Below, in pieces: positions 40,385 to 52,600 of a stretch of 64,000 nucleotides of DNA. The translations under genes and the position numbers were made by a program. Under the pieces are notes generated by a model, which was not told where the DNA came from, did not search any database, and saw only the letters and a program-made list of their open reading frames with translations. The DNA is from Eimeria praecox (Eukaryota): positions 5,022,001 to 5,086,000 of the forward strand of contig OY986950.1 of assembly GCA_963920595.1 (NCBI GenBank), given 5' to 3'. The stretch's first letter is position 1. Each line of letters begins with the position of its first letter.

Positions 40385-41776
40385 CTTTCATAATTTCAAT
40401 TCGGGCTTGCTTTTGCAGTAGGCATTTGTTTGGCACGGACACATGCGAACTGAATTGAGTGAAGAGGCCGACTTGGAGCCTGTTTAGCTCTGGATGTGCG
40501 CGAACCAGTGCTTGCATAGTTTGCTAAAGCTTGTCTCCGTGTGCCGTACGTGCTGCACGAGTCAGCAGTGGGGAGACAACATGTACGTGCCCCCGCGTTC
40601 TCAGGAAGTGCGCCTCGAGAACGTTGAAACCCATTCAACAGAAGGAGCCATGGTAGTTTGTATCTGGAATGCGTGGTAAAGAAGCCGATCGTGCCTTCGG
40701 ACTGGCGTTGGAAGAGAGCTACTAGGCGGCACACGAGGCGAAGCAGACTGTTGATTGCCGCGGTAACCTTATTTGCTTTCGTACTAGTTATGCTGCTAGC
40801 AGTGTGAAGCTCTTTAGAACCAGAAAGGAGAGGACAACGTACACTTTCAGATACTCACTGCGTCCTGTGCTACTAACGTAACGCTACGGCAATACCAATA
40901 CCAGCGGGTTTGCGACACTAGGAACCGTAAGCGAAGGCGACGGGTATAGCATGATATAGGAGTATCTGGCGGAGAATTTCGGCTATGAGGCATTTGTGCG
41001 GAATCTGCTAAGCCGAAAAAGCCTTTTGGGAGGGTTCGTTGAGCGTATTGCGACAATGCCTTCTTGGGCATGGGAGGCGACATGCGGAGGCACAAAGCCT
41101 TGCTAAGCAATCTGGGAAGCCCCGCACATGCTATGCACAGCAGGTACTCTCCCCAGAAATGCTGGGCTGCTGTTGCTGGTGTCCGTAAGTGCCGGGGACG
41201 AGCGCACTACTCCACGTGCCTGCGCACAAACCGCTGGCATCCAGGGAAGCAAAGCAATTCGGTCGTGTCGCCCCTGACTGTTGTGCATATGCTTTGATTG
41301 TTGGCTTATTTTCACAGGGAATGCATTGCATGCCGTTGTATGGAGCAAGTAAACAGAGCTCGAGTGGGGCTTCGTTGCGGGACTGGCGCCTGTGGCTTGC
41401 ATGCGGAAGCAGGCATGCTCGCTGTAGGTGATATATGGTGGGGATGCTGCTAGCTCGTGCGTTAGGGCTCCAACACTGACTGAACACGTTCTCTAGCCAC
41501 TTAACGCTTTGGCAAAACGCACCCTGTATGCGTTAATTGCTACGCCTTTTGCAGGGCTTCTCTTCCGACGTCGAATTGCGGTGCTAGTCGGGTTGTGGGG
41601 TAGAGGCAGTTTAATGTTGCTTGCGAAAGCACAGAATTGCTGTTTCGCTGGACCAGCATCGGAGATTAGTTTTTTTTAGCCGTTTCCACCAGCCCAAGCT
41701 TGCGGCAGTACAGTACTTGGGTGCACGAATTAGCAGGAGGGGATATCTTAGATAGCATTCATTAGTGTACTAGCTT
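40385..41776 (+). repeat. Block B (~1.4 kb), copy 1 of 3 (others ~48816-50207 and ~53259-54651); remote relative of the 2144-bp unit
   Basis: Seen: ORFs at 40396/48827/53270 and 40847/49278/53721 are near-identical. gagcaagtaaacagagctcgag resembles gaacaagtgtcaagagctcgag of the 2144-bp unit. Confidence 0.93.
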
Positions 41777-42549
41777 ATTTGCCAAAATATCTTGTTGTAC
41801 GATGCACGCGGGAATGTTGAGCTGCAGTTGTGCTGATGCGAATGCAGCCGTTCCCTGGTGCAGCCGCTGGGGCCTTCCAGAATGTACGTGGCTCGGCAAT
41901 GTTGCTCAAGCCATTCCCAGTACACTCACTATGCCACACAATCAGGCGTGGAGTGCATGGCGACGGAGCTTCGAATCACGCACCGTGCCATATTCGGTCC
42001 CGTAGCAGTAGCAAGGGTGCGCCATTCAGTGCGCGCACCCATGGGGAATACAAGCAACCTTGGTATTTTGCTGAACCAGCATTCCAATCGCTCTACCGGC
42101 CTGCCATAGTGTCCAACGTTGCAGTCCTTCAGGCACTGGCTGATGGGCACGCCCTTGATATGTGCAAATTAGAGAAGCCTGTCCAGTGAGCAACTGTGTA
42201 AAAACATTTACGTGCCGATAGTGTATAACGTCCCGGTGCTAAGGACCACCGGATGGTGGCTCAGTAGGCTGTCCACCACTGGCATCAAATCGGCTGCCTT
42301 TGCTGGTACAATTCTGCCCGCTTTCCAGTGTCAATAGCCATAATCACCCTTTCAGTATGGGTGCGTAGCTAATTACTAGTAGCGTGAGCGCTTTGGGAGT
42401 TGCTCACAACCAAAAATGTGTGTGCAGCCCGCAACCCTGTAGGTAGTGTTCTCTTCTTGCCTTTCAAGAGCTGGAGTACTTCAGCGTGTGTGATTCAGTG
42501 AGCGGAGATGCGTGCCGGTAACACGGAATGGTCTGGCTCCGCATGTTCC

Positions 42550-43996
42550 ATGGCTAGATATTTTGCAACACTGAGAATGGTACAGGAGGTAAGACGAGGC
42601 ACACGAGGCACAGACTGATATAGACCTGTGATCCATAATCCCTTTCGGCATGGCTTGGACCGTTAAATATCAGATTGCTGTGGAGTATAGAGGTATGATT
42701 TGGTGTGGCAAATCCTGATTCTGCATGCACAAGGCTAGGCTAGCCGAAACAGCTGCGGTGCTCTTCTGTGGAAGTGTGTGCTGTTGAACATTCACTGGAT
42801 TCCCGCTCGTTCTTCCCAGCTGCCTCATTGGCTTGGGCCACCATGGGTTTAAGCATGGCTTGTGCGACGTCTTTGCCTCACGCCCAGGGGTCATATGGAT
42901 TCGCCGAGTTGTTTTCTCCACCAACTTCACTCCGCTGCAGAAAGTGCGTCAGTGTCCTTGAGCAGCCATCTGTGGCTGCAACCGAAAGTCCGCATGCTTG
43001 TTGCCGGCGCAAGGCTTCATCATCGCATCCAACACCATGTTTTGGCTTGCCTGTGTGCTTGGAGAGCTTGTTTTGGAACGCTGGCAGCATGTGGAGAGCA
43101 ACGCAGTGCACGGTATGGCACATTTGCCTCCCTGTTTCTCTTGGATCCCCATTTTTGTTGTGTTCTGCCGCGGAGTTCAAAGCATCCTTGAAACTAGCTG
43201 GGAGCGCCGGTGCTTTTGTCGCTAGTTACAGAAGGCTGTGCCAATGCGGAAAGAGGTTTTGTCGCGCATAGGGAGACTGACGAATTTCTTGCTGCTCCAA
43301 TTGCTGATGTTTCGCCTGTGCCAAGGATACAGCTGATCCATTAAGTGTGCGTTATCTGAAAAGGGCGTGTTTGTTCTAGGCCTTTGCATATTGTCCACAC
43401 TTGTGTGCATCAGGCGTTTTGTCTGTCGATATGTTATTGTGCCGATACAACGGCGCGTGAGTTGTTGTGTGCATAGATTGGGCTCCGATGCCTTGACGCG
43501 TGTGATTGTCGTTTGAAATACAGGATGTGGATGCACTAAACGTCAGCGAGCCTATTCAGCTTGATGTATGGGAACGTGCCTGCGCACATTTTGAGTGGCG
43601 CAGGTATGATTGCACAGCCATCAGCTTCTACCGTTTAAACGGAGTTCCAGATCACTTGCCCGTACTGCCCGAGTCAGTAGGGGACTAAGCGAGGCTGATG
43701 TACCCAGCCTTGCTTGGCACGATGTTTAATGCGGCTCAACACAGATTGTGAGCGTTGTCCGCCTAAGGGCATTACAGTGCCAGTGCAGGTTAGAACCAAT
43801 CTACGACGAACATCGCAAATTGTGCTTCAGCGTTGAAGTGTTTGGTTGAACTTGTGCGTTGCACCCGCATTCGTGGCGGTTTCTTGCTGTTCGCTCATTC
43901 GATGGAACCGAGGCCTTCTGCCGTTTGCAAGTCTGCACTAGCTAGCCAATTACAACTGCGAGGTATCAAGGGTTTGCTTCGCCATCTGGACTAGTC
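42550..43996 (+). repeat. Block A (~1.45 kb), copy 1 of 3 (others ~46678-48113 and ~51130-52556); remote relative of the 2144-bp unit
   Basis: Seen: ORFs at 42862/46979/51422 are near-identical (offsets 4117 and 4443). Copy 1 identity ends at gccatctggactagtc. Confidence 0.95.
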
Positions 43997-44329
43997 CTCT
44001 GAAAGGTTTTCATTGGGGTGGGGGCGTTTGCCGTTCAAGGGCTTGTGCCGCATTGCGCCGACAGCAAAGCGAGGTGAATTGCACATGCTCCGACAGGTGC
44101 TTCGGTGCACAGAATGCATTGTGTGCTGCCTAGAACTGCCGGGAGGGCAAGCATGTTCAGCAGCAGGAGACTAGTGGGCACTGCAGGCAGTAGCGCGCGT
44201 TCTAACATCTTTTGCAGAAAGTGTGTGGGCACCCGCAGTAGCCAAGCATTGGCATAGACTGGAATGTGCCAGCGTTGATTGCCACCCCCCAATCGTATGC
44301 TGGATCGAACGCCTCTCAAGGATGTAGAC

Positions 44330-46430
44330 TCTGATGCAGAGTTGCTTAATTTTTCACCACACTCCGGCTCGGCATGCGGAACAAACGGCAGCGCCTAACT
44401 TCTGCTTGCTCAGTCAGACGTCCAGAGCGATGTTTTGCTTTGCCGTCTGGGAGTTGCGGGCACCACAGTCTAGCAGGTTCTACCAAATACGGCTTCGTTG
44501 TGCATCTCGTACACGCATATCTTGGCGGTTGGCGTCTGTCTTCCCTAGCCGCAGCTCATCCTCTACGTAATCACGGCCTACCCTCCAGCAAAGTCCCTTG
44601 TTTGGTTGCTTTTGCATGCATCTTGATGAAGCGCATTATTGCGATGAGCAAAGGGCAGCCACTACCCTCGACTCTAGCGCTGTAACAAGGCATGAATCAG
44701 CTAGGTTGCCTGTGGTTCAGTCTTGTGCCTGATATCTAGGTGGGATTGGGCTTGCGCACATTTTGTGCCTCCGTGTGTGTGTGGAGAGGCCTGAGGCGGA
44801 GCGATGGAAAGCGTGTGCTCCGTGTTTGGGATAGCTGGACATTCTGTAGTGCAGCACATTCTTGTGAATAGTGCATAGAGCCTGCGGCAACTATGGGAAG
44901 CTGTTTACGTAATTATCTGAGCATCCAGGCGGTATGTGACCAAATGGTTCAAATACGTTTGCTTGACGCAGCGGGCATAGCAGCGCTTCTACAGGGAGAG
45001 GATGGTTTTATTGCTGCATTGGACGTCCGTGAAAGGTGGTAGGCAGTGTGCAAGGAGCATGTGGTAGGCTTGATCTGCATGGGTTATGCTCCTAAGACTT
45101 TGAACTGCACTGCCGCTAAAGGTTAGATGGTTCGGTGCTACAAAACGTATGCAGTACCTTGAAATAGCCAACTGCAATAGTATCAATTTGGTTGCAGTAG
45201 GGATGTTGGGCGTGCGCGGTATGCAGGGTATGAATGAGGAGGATCTTGCTGCGACTTTTAGGGGTGGTATAGCGTGCATCGCGTTGAGAAGCTCATGTGG
45301 GTGCCCCCCACCGTGAATATGCGGTAGGTGTTTGGGAAGCGTTAGGCGCCCCTTGGAGAACAGTGTCGCATGTGCTAGACAAGACGGCAAGCGCCTGTAT
45401 GCTTTCCTTAACAGCCCGTCTGCATGGATATGCTTATCTATTCTTGCCGATGTATATGTGCCCAACACAGAGGGGAGCCTCCGTGCGCACCTGGTCGTGC
45501 CTCTAAAATCAAGCGGGGAGGCAGCAATTTTCTCCCGTCGTATCAATGTTTTTTGGCTGCTGGTTGGTTTGTACCTGAACCCGTGCTTGTCGCATTGGCA
45601 CTCAACAGGTCTACGGTGTTCGGTTGCGCTGCGGTCCTAGCACCCCCAGCTTGCATTGAGTTGCCGTTGTAGGTTCCCCAGGTGATGTGAACTTTAACGG
45701 CTTTCAGGAGGTACGCTGGGATTCCGTTAATACGTGGCAGCATTGGTTGGCCAGTTAGCAAGTTCATGCCTACTGTATCTGCGAGCTGCTATGCTTTTTG
45801 CCTCAGCTGTGACGCCGATGGATGAAGGGGCTAGTAAGCTTTGCGCTCTTACACCAGTGCATGTGGTGTGCGACGGCTGGAGACCCCCATTTCTCAGGCG
45901 CAGGCGAATGATGGTAGCTTTCTCGTTCACCAGCTAGATCCTTGAGCGCAGCCTGCCTGCGTTCCAGTATTTGGGAGCGATTAATCCTTAGCCCAAGCAC
46001 ATCAGCAAGCCGCTACTGAGTATTGTGGCAACTAGTTGGCCAAGCGGCGTTGTTCGAGAACACAAAGCAGGTTCCTAGTGGCGGCCGACGCAGTGGTTAA
46101 TTGTGGCAGGCATGCAGAAGGTTTCTCGGAGCAGTCGTCGCGATCGTTCAGGTTGTACGTCACTTCCCAACAGGACACGAGCTTACGCTAATGGACTCGC
46201 CGTGCTACACAAGAAGCGGTGTGCCACTCGTATGAACAGCAGCCTTGTTGGGTTAGCCGCTTCACTCGTAGGGTTTCATGAGATAAACCATTCCGCGCCG
46301 ATGTGGATAGTCAATATCGTCTAGAATGAAACGTGGGCACCCAGACGGCGATGCTTCAAGTTCTAGAGCACAGCCAACTCACGTCCTCTGCACGGCGAGC
46401 CCAGACTGGTTGGCTTACTCGCAAACCCCA
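44330..46430 (+). repeat. Single, nearly full-length diverged paralog of the 2144-bp unit
   Basis: Seen: colinear matches aaatacggcttcg (44487), tgcctgtggttca (44708), gtgcatagagcctgcg (44872), ttgagaagct (45284), ggcaagcgcct (45387), tatttggga (45968) and gcccagac (46400). Confidence 0.92.
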
Positions 46431-46689
46431 CACCAAGCGAATCTTGAAGATTGATAAACCGGCATTCGAAGAGCTTGTCATAGTGTGCCGCGCGTCATTC
46501 ATCAGCAGCCAGGCATTCGCTGGTTTGCCAGTCGTTTGGCAATTGCAGTTTCAAGCAGCGTTCCCATCACAAAATTGTGAACTTAAACAGCGGAGGCACT
46601 TACAGTGCTTGGTTGAATGCCTGGGTATGCGGCGCCTTGGCATGCAATGGCATAGGTGCTCTGCTCCACAACTGGATGGCTAGATATTT

Positions 46690-49600
46690 TGTAACACTGA
46701 GGATGGTACAGGAGGTAAGACGAGGCACAGACTGATATAGACCTGTGATCCATAGTCCCTTTCGGCATGGCTTGGACCGTTAAATATCAGACTGCTGTGG
46801 AGTATAGAGGTATGATTTGGTGTGGCAAATCCTGATTCTGCATGCACAAGGCTAGGCTAGCCGAAACAGCTGCGGTGCTCTTCTGTGGAAGTGTGTGCTG
46901 TTGAACATTCACTGGATTCCCGCTCGTTCTTCCCAGCTGCCTCATTGGCTTGGGCCACCATGGGTTTAAGCATGGCTTGTGCGACGTCTTTGCCTCACGC
47001 CCAGGGGTCATATGGATTCGCCGAGTTGTTTTCTCCACCAACTTCACTCCGCTGCAGAAAGTGCGTCAGTGTCCTTGAGCAGCCATCTGTGGCTGCAACC
47101 GAAAGTCCGCATGCTTGTTGCCGGCGCAAGGCTTCATCATCGCATCCAACACCATGTTTTGGCTTGCCTGTGTGCTTGGAGAGCTTGTTTTGGAACGCTG
47201 GCAGCATGTGGAGAGCAACGCAGTGCACGGTATGGCACATTTGCCTCCCTGTTTCTCTTGGATCCCCATTTTTGTTGTGTTCTGCCGCGGAGTTCAAAGC
47301 ATCCTTGAAACTAGCTGGGAGCGCCGGTGCTTTTGTCGCTAGTTACAGAAGGCTGTGCCAATGCGGAAAGAGGTTTTGTCGCGCATAGGGAGACTGACGA
47401 ATTTCTTGCTGCTCCAATTGCTGATGTTTCGCCTGTGCCAAGGATACAGCTGATCCATTAAGTGTGCGTTAACTGAAAAGGCCGTGTTTGTTCTAGGCCT
47501 TTGCATATTGTCCACACTTGTGTGCATCAGGCGTTTTGTCTGTCGATATGTTATTGTGCCGATACAACGGCGCGTGAGTTGTTGTGTGCATAGATTGGGC
47601 TCCGATGCCTTGACGCGTGTGATTGTCGTTTGAAATACAGGATGTGGATGCACTAAACGTCAGCGAGCCTATTCAGCTTGATGTATGGGAACGTGCCTGC
47701 GCACATTTTGAGTGGCGCAGGTATGATTGCACAGCCATCAGCTTCTGCCGTTTAAACGGAGTTCCAGATCACTTGCCCGTACTGCCCGAGCCAGTAGGGG
47801 ACCAAGCGAGGCTGATGTACCCAGCCTTGCTTGGCACGATGTTTAATGCGGCTCAACACAGATTGTGAGCGTTGTCCGCCTAAGGGCATTACAGTGCCAG
47901 TGCAGGTTAGAACCAATCTACGACGAACATCGCAAATTGTGCTTCAGCGTTGAAGTGTTTGGTTGAACTTGTGCGTTGCACCCGCATTCGTGGCGGTTTC
48001 TTGCTGTTCGCTCATTCGATGGAACCGAGGCCTTCTGCAGTTTGCAAGTCTGCACTAGCTAGCCAATTACAACTGCGAGGTATCAAGGGTTTGCTTCGCC
48101 ATCTGGACTAGTCGTCGTCAATGTGTAGCATTGCACTTTATGTGCTAACCGTTGCAGATTTGAGTCGTAGTGCGTAGGCGGCAAAGCCAGATGAATCATT
48201 CATTTTTGACGTTTTAGGGCATCTGTATGCGGACACTAGGGCGTGGTAGAAAATGCGGCTCGGACCACGCATTGCAGTGGGTGCTGCGTGGAACTATGAG
48301 GCAGCCCAAAGTCAGTGACAAAGATCCGCGCAAGGTTCAGTAGCAAGCAAGCATAGTGAAGGTTACGCCTTGCACTGCATTAGTCACTCCGTCGTGCAGG
48401 CAGTGAGCGGACAGTTGAATCCACTGACAAAGACTGGCATGTGGAGGGGCTGATTGCCATCGTATGATTGTGCATAGGATCGGCCGTCCACTGGATAGTC
48501 AGTGATGCCGTGCAGAGTTGCTTGGGTTTTCAGTGCATTCTGGGTGAGCGTAGGCCACACGATAGAGCACCTAGCTGGTGCAAGCCCGGCTGGGCATGTA
48601 TCTGGCTGCTCGTTTTTGGTTTATGTGTGCTGCCGGCACAGCAGTCTAGCACGCACTGCCGAATATGCCTCCTGCTGGCATTTCGTCGCCGTGCACCTTG
48701 CTGATGGGTGACACCAATGCTCCCAATTTGTCCATGCTTACTTGCGCCTCGTCAACGTTTGCCTTTTTAGTGCACACAAACTGGAGGCTGTTCCCTTGGC
48801 ATCGCGTCAAAGTGCCTTTGATAATTTCAATTCGGGCTTGCGTTTGCAGTAGGCATTTGTTTGGCACGGACACATGCGAACTGAATTGAGTGAAGAGGCC
48901 GACTTGGAGCCTGTTCAGCTCTGGATGTGCGCGAACCAGTGCTTGCATAGTTTGCTAAAGCTTGTCTCCGTGTGCCGTACGTGCTGCACGAGTCAGCAGT
49001 GGGGAGACAACATGTACGTGCCCCCGCGTTCTCAGGAAGTGCGCCTCGAGAACGTTGAAACCCATTCAACAGAAGGAGCCATGGTAGTTTGTATCTGGAA
49101 TGCGTGGTAAAGAAACCGATCGTGCCTTCGGACTGGCGTTGGAAGAGAGCTACTAGGCGGCACACGAGGCGAAGCAGACTGCTGATTGCCGCGGTAACCT
49201 TATTTGCTTTCTTACTAGTTATGCTGCTAGCAGTGTGAAGCTCTTTAGAACCAGAAAGGAGAGGACAACGTACACTTTCAGATACTCACTGCGTCCTGTG
49301 CTACTAACGTAACGCTACGGCAATACCAATACCAGCGGGTTTGCGACACTAGGAACCGTAAGCGAAGGCGACGGGTATAGCATGATATAGGAGTATCTGG
49401 CGGAGAATTTCGGCTATGAGGCATTTGTGCGGAATCTGCTAAGCCGAAAAAGCCCTTTGGGAGGGTTCGTTGAGCATATTGCGGCAATGCCTTCTTGGGC
49501 ATGGGAGGCGACATGGGGAGGCACAAAGCCTTGCTAAGCAATCTGGGAAGCCCCGCACATGCTATGCACAGCAGGTACTCTCCCCAGAAATGCTGGGCTG

Positions 49601-52600
49601 CTGTTGCTGGTGTCCGTAAGTGCCGGGGACGAGCGCACTACTCCACGTGCCTGCGCACAAACCGCTGGCATCCAGGGAAGCAAAGCAATTCGGTCGTGTC
49701 GCCCCTGACTGTTGTGCATATGCTTTGATTGTTGGCTTATTTTCACAGGGAATGTATTGCATGCCGTTGTATGGAGCAAGTAAACAGAGCTCGAGTGGGG
49801 CTTCGTTGCGGGACTGGCGCCTGTGGTTTGCATGCGGAAGCAGGCATGCTCGCTGTAGGTGATATATGGTGGGGATGCGGCTAGCTCGTGCGTTAGGGCT
49901 CCAACACTGACTGAACACGTTCTCTCGCCACTTAACGCTTTGGCAAAACGCACCCTGTATGCGTTAATTGCTACGCCTTTTGCAGGGCTTCTCTTCCGAC
50001 GTCGAATTGCGGTGCTAGTCGGGTTGTGGGGTAGAGGCAGTTTAATGTTGCTTGCGAAAGCACAGAATTGCTGTTTCGCTGGACCAGCATCGGAGATTAG
50101 TTTTTTTTAGCCGTTTCCATTAGCCCAAGCTTGCGGCAGTACAGTGCTTGGGTGCACGAATTAGCAGGAGGGGATATCTTAGATAGCATTCATTAGTGTA
50201 GTAGCTTGGTTGACAAATGGCGTGTCGGTTCATAGAGTCGGATGATGATGTTAGCGGACAGTGCCGGTAGCGGTGACTAGTATATGACCTGATTTGTACA
50301 GCAGCTTCTTGATCGTTGGAAGCCGTGTATCCCTTCGTTGCAGAATGCGTGCGATAGGCGATTACGTTCTGTATACCACACAACCGGACGCGTACGGCAT
50401 CGGCGGCTAGAATATTTAGCAGGCTAGCTTTTTAACGCCCTGCGTAGCATTATGCCACTGGAACGTGTACATCTATGCGAATAGCTGGGAATGGATTGCA
50501 CGAGGTGCGGGCGTCATAATTGGGTGCTTTGAAACTTAGAGTGCATTCAATCGACAATTTGCAATGGAAACGGCGCGCTGTTTTTACTCACGGGTGACCA
50601 AAAAATAGCGATTTTCGGAATTTCCTGAACCAACATAGTATTGGCCCAGCACGGTGTCTATCGCACTGCCCGTAGTAAGGTATTAGCGCATGTGAAAGGC
50701 TTGGGTAGCTGCAGTTTCAAGACGCCAGTTCATGGGAAAAATTTGTAGTATACCAGCAGATATTTACTCCCTGCTTATATGCGGCTCCCCCGTGCTAAGG
50801 ACCACCAGATGGTGGCCTGCTAGGGAGACCAGCACCATCAGCAAATCATTTGCCATAGTGGGCATAATGACGTGCAGTTCCCAGTGTCAGAAACCAGAGG
50901 TACCATTTCAGTATCTCCGAGTTGCTGGTCGCCAGTAGCCTGGATCAATGAGACGTTGCTCCAACGCAGCAACGAGTGTACAGCCCTCGGCCGTATGGAT
51001 AGTGCTCGCCTTCTCCCTTGGCTGGGAGAGGTGGCAATACTGATTAGGGTATATAAAGGAATCCGCAGAGCCGCGTGCTGGCGATACGTAATCGTCTGGG
51101 TGCTTTGCTCCATGCCATCACAGCAAGATATTTTATGGCACTGAGGATGGTACAGGAGGTAAGACGAGGCACAGACTGATATAGACCTGTGATCCATAGT
51201 CCCTTTCGGCATGGCTTGGACCGTTAAATATCAGACTGCTGTGGAGTATAGAGGTATGATTTGGTGTGGCAAATCCTGATTCTGCATGCACAAGGCTAGG
51301 CTAGCCGAACAGCTGCGGTACTCTTCTGTGGAAGTGTGTGCTGCTGAACATTCACTGGATTTCCGCTCGTTCTTCCCAGCTGCCTCATTGGCTTGGGCCA
51401 CCATGGGTTTAAGCATGGCTTGTGCGACGTCTTTGCCTCACGCCCAGGGGTCATATGGATTCGCCGAGTTGTTTTCTCCACCAACTTCACTCCGCTGCAG
51501 AAAGTGCGTCAGTGTCCTTGAGCAGCCATCTGTGGCTGCAACCGAACGTCCGCATGCTTGTTGCCGGCGCAAGGCTTCATCATCGCATCCAACACCATGT
51601 TTTGGCTTGTCTGTGTGCTTGGAGAGCTTGTTTTGGAACGCTGGCAGCATGTGGAGAGCAACGCAGTGCACGGTATGGCACATTTGCCTCCCTGTTTCTC
51701 TTGGATCCCCATTTTTGTTGTGTTCTGCCGCGGAGTTCAAAGCATCCTTGAAACTAGCTGGGAGCGCCGGTGCTTTTGTCGCTAGTTACAGAAGGCTGTG
51801 CCAATGCGGAAAAAGGTTTTGTCGCGCATAGGGAGACTGACGAATTTCTTGCTGCTCCAATTGCTGATGTTTCGCCTGTGCCAAGGATACAGCTGATCCA
51901 TTAAGTGTGCGTTATCTGAAAAGGCCGTGTTTGTTCTAGGCCTTTGCATATTGTCCACACTTGTGTGCATCAGGCGTTTTGTCTGTCGATATGTTATTGT
52001 GCCGATACAACGGCGCGTGAGTTGTTGTGTGCATAGATTGGGCTCCGATGCCTTGACGCGTGTGATTGTCGTTTGAAATACAGGATGTGGATGCACTAAA
52101 CGTCAGCGAGCCTATTCAGCTTGATGTATGGGAACGTGCCTGCGCACATTTTGAGTGGCGCAGGTATGATTGCACAGCCATCAGCTTCTGCCGTTTAAAC
52201 GGAGTTCCAGATCACTTGCCCGTACTGCCCGAGCCAGTAGGGGACCAAGCGAGGCTGATGTACCCAGCCTTGCTTGGCACGATGTTTAATGCGGCTCAAC
52301 ACAGATTGTGAGCGTTGTCCGCCTAAGGGCATTACAGTGCCAGTGCAGGTTAGAACCAATCTACGACGAACATCGCAAATTGTGCTTCAGCGTTGAAGTG
52401 TTTGGTTGAACTTGTGCGTTGCACCCGCATTCGTGGCGGTTTCTTGCTGTTCGCTCATTCGATGGAACCGAGGCCTTCTGCAGTTTGCAAGTCTGCACTA
52501 GCTAGCCAATTACAACTGCGAGGTATCAAGGGTTTGCTTCGCCATCTGGACTAGTCGTCGTCAATGTGTAGCATTGCACTTTATGTGCTAACCGTTGCAG

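Noticed and set aside
42550..52556. Block A copies as LTRs of a retrotransposon
   Set aside because: No RT, RNase H or integrase motifs lie between the copies, I saw no target-site duplication, and block A is itself homologous to the internal sequence family.
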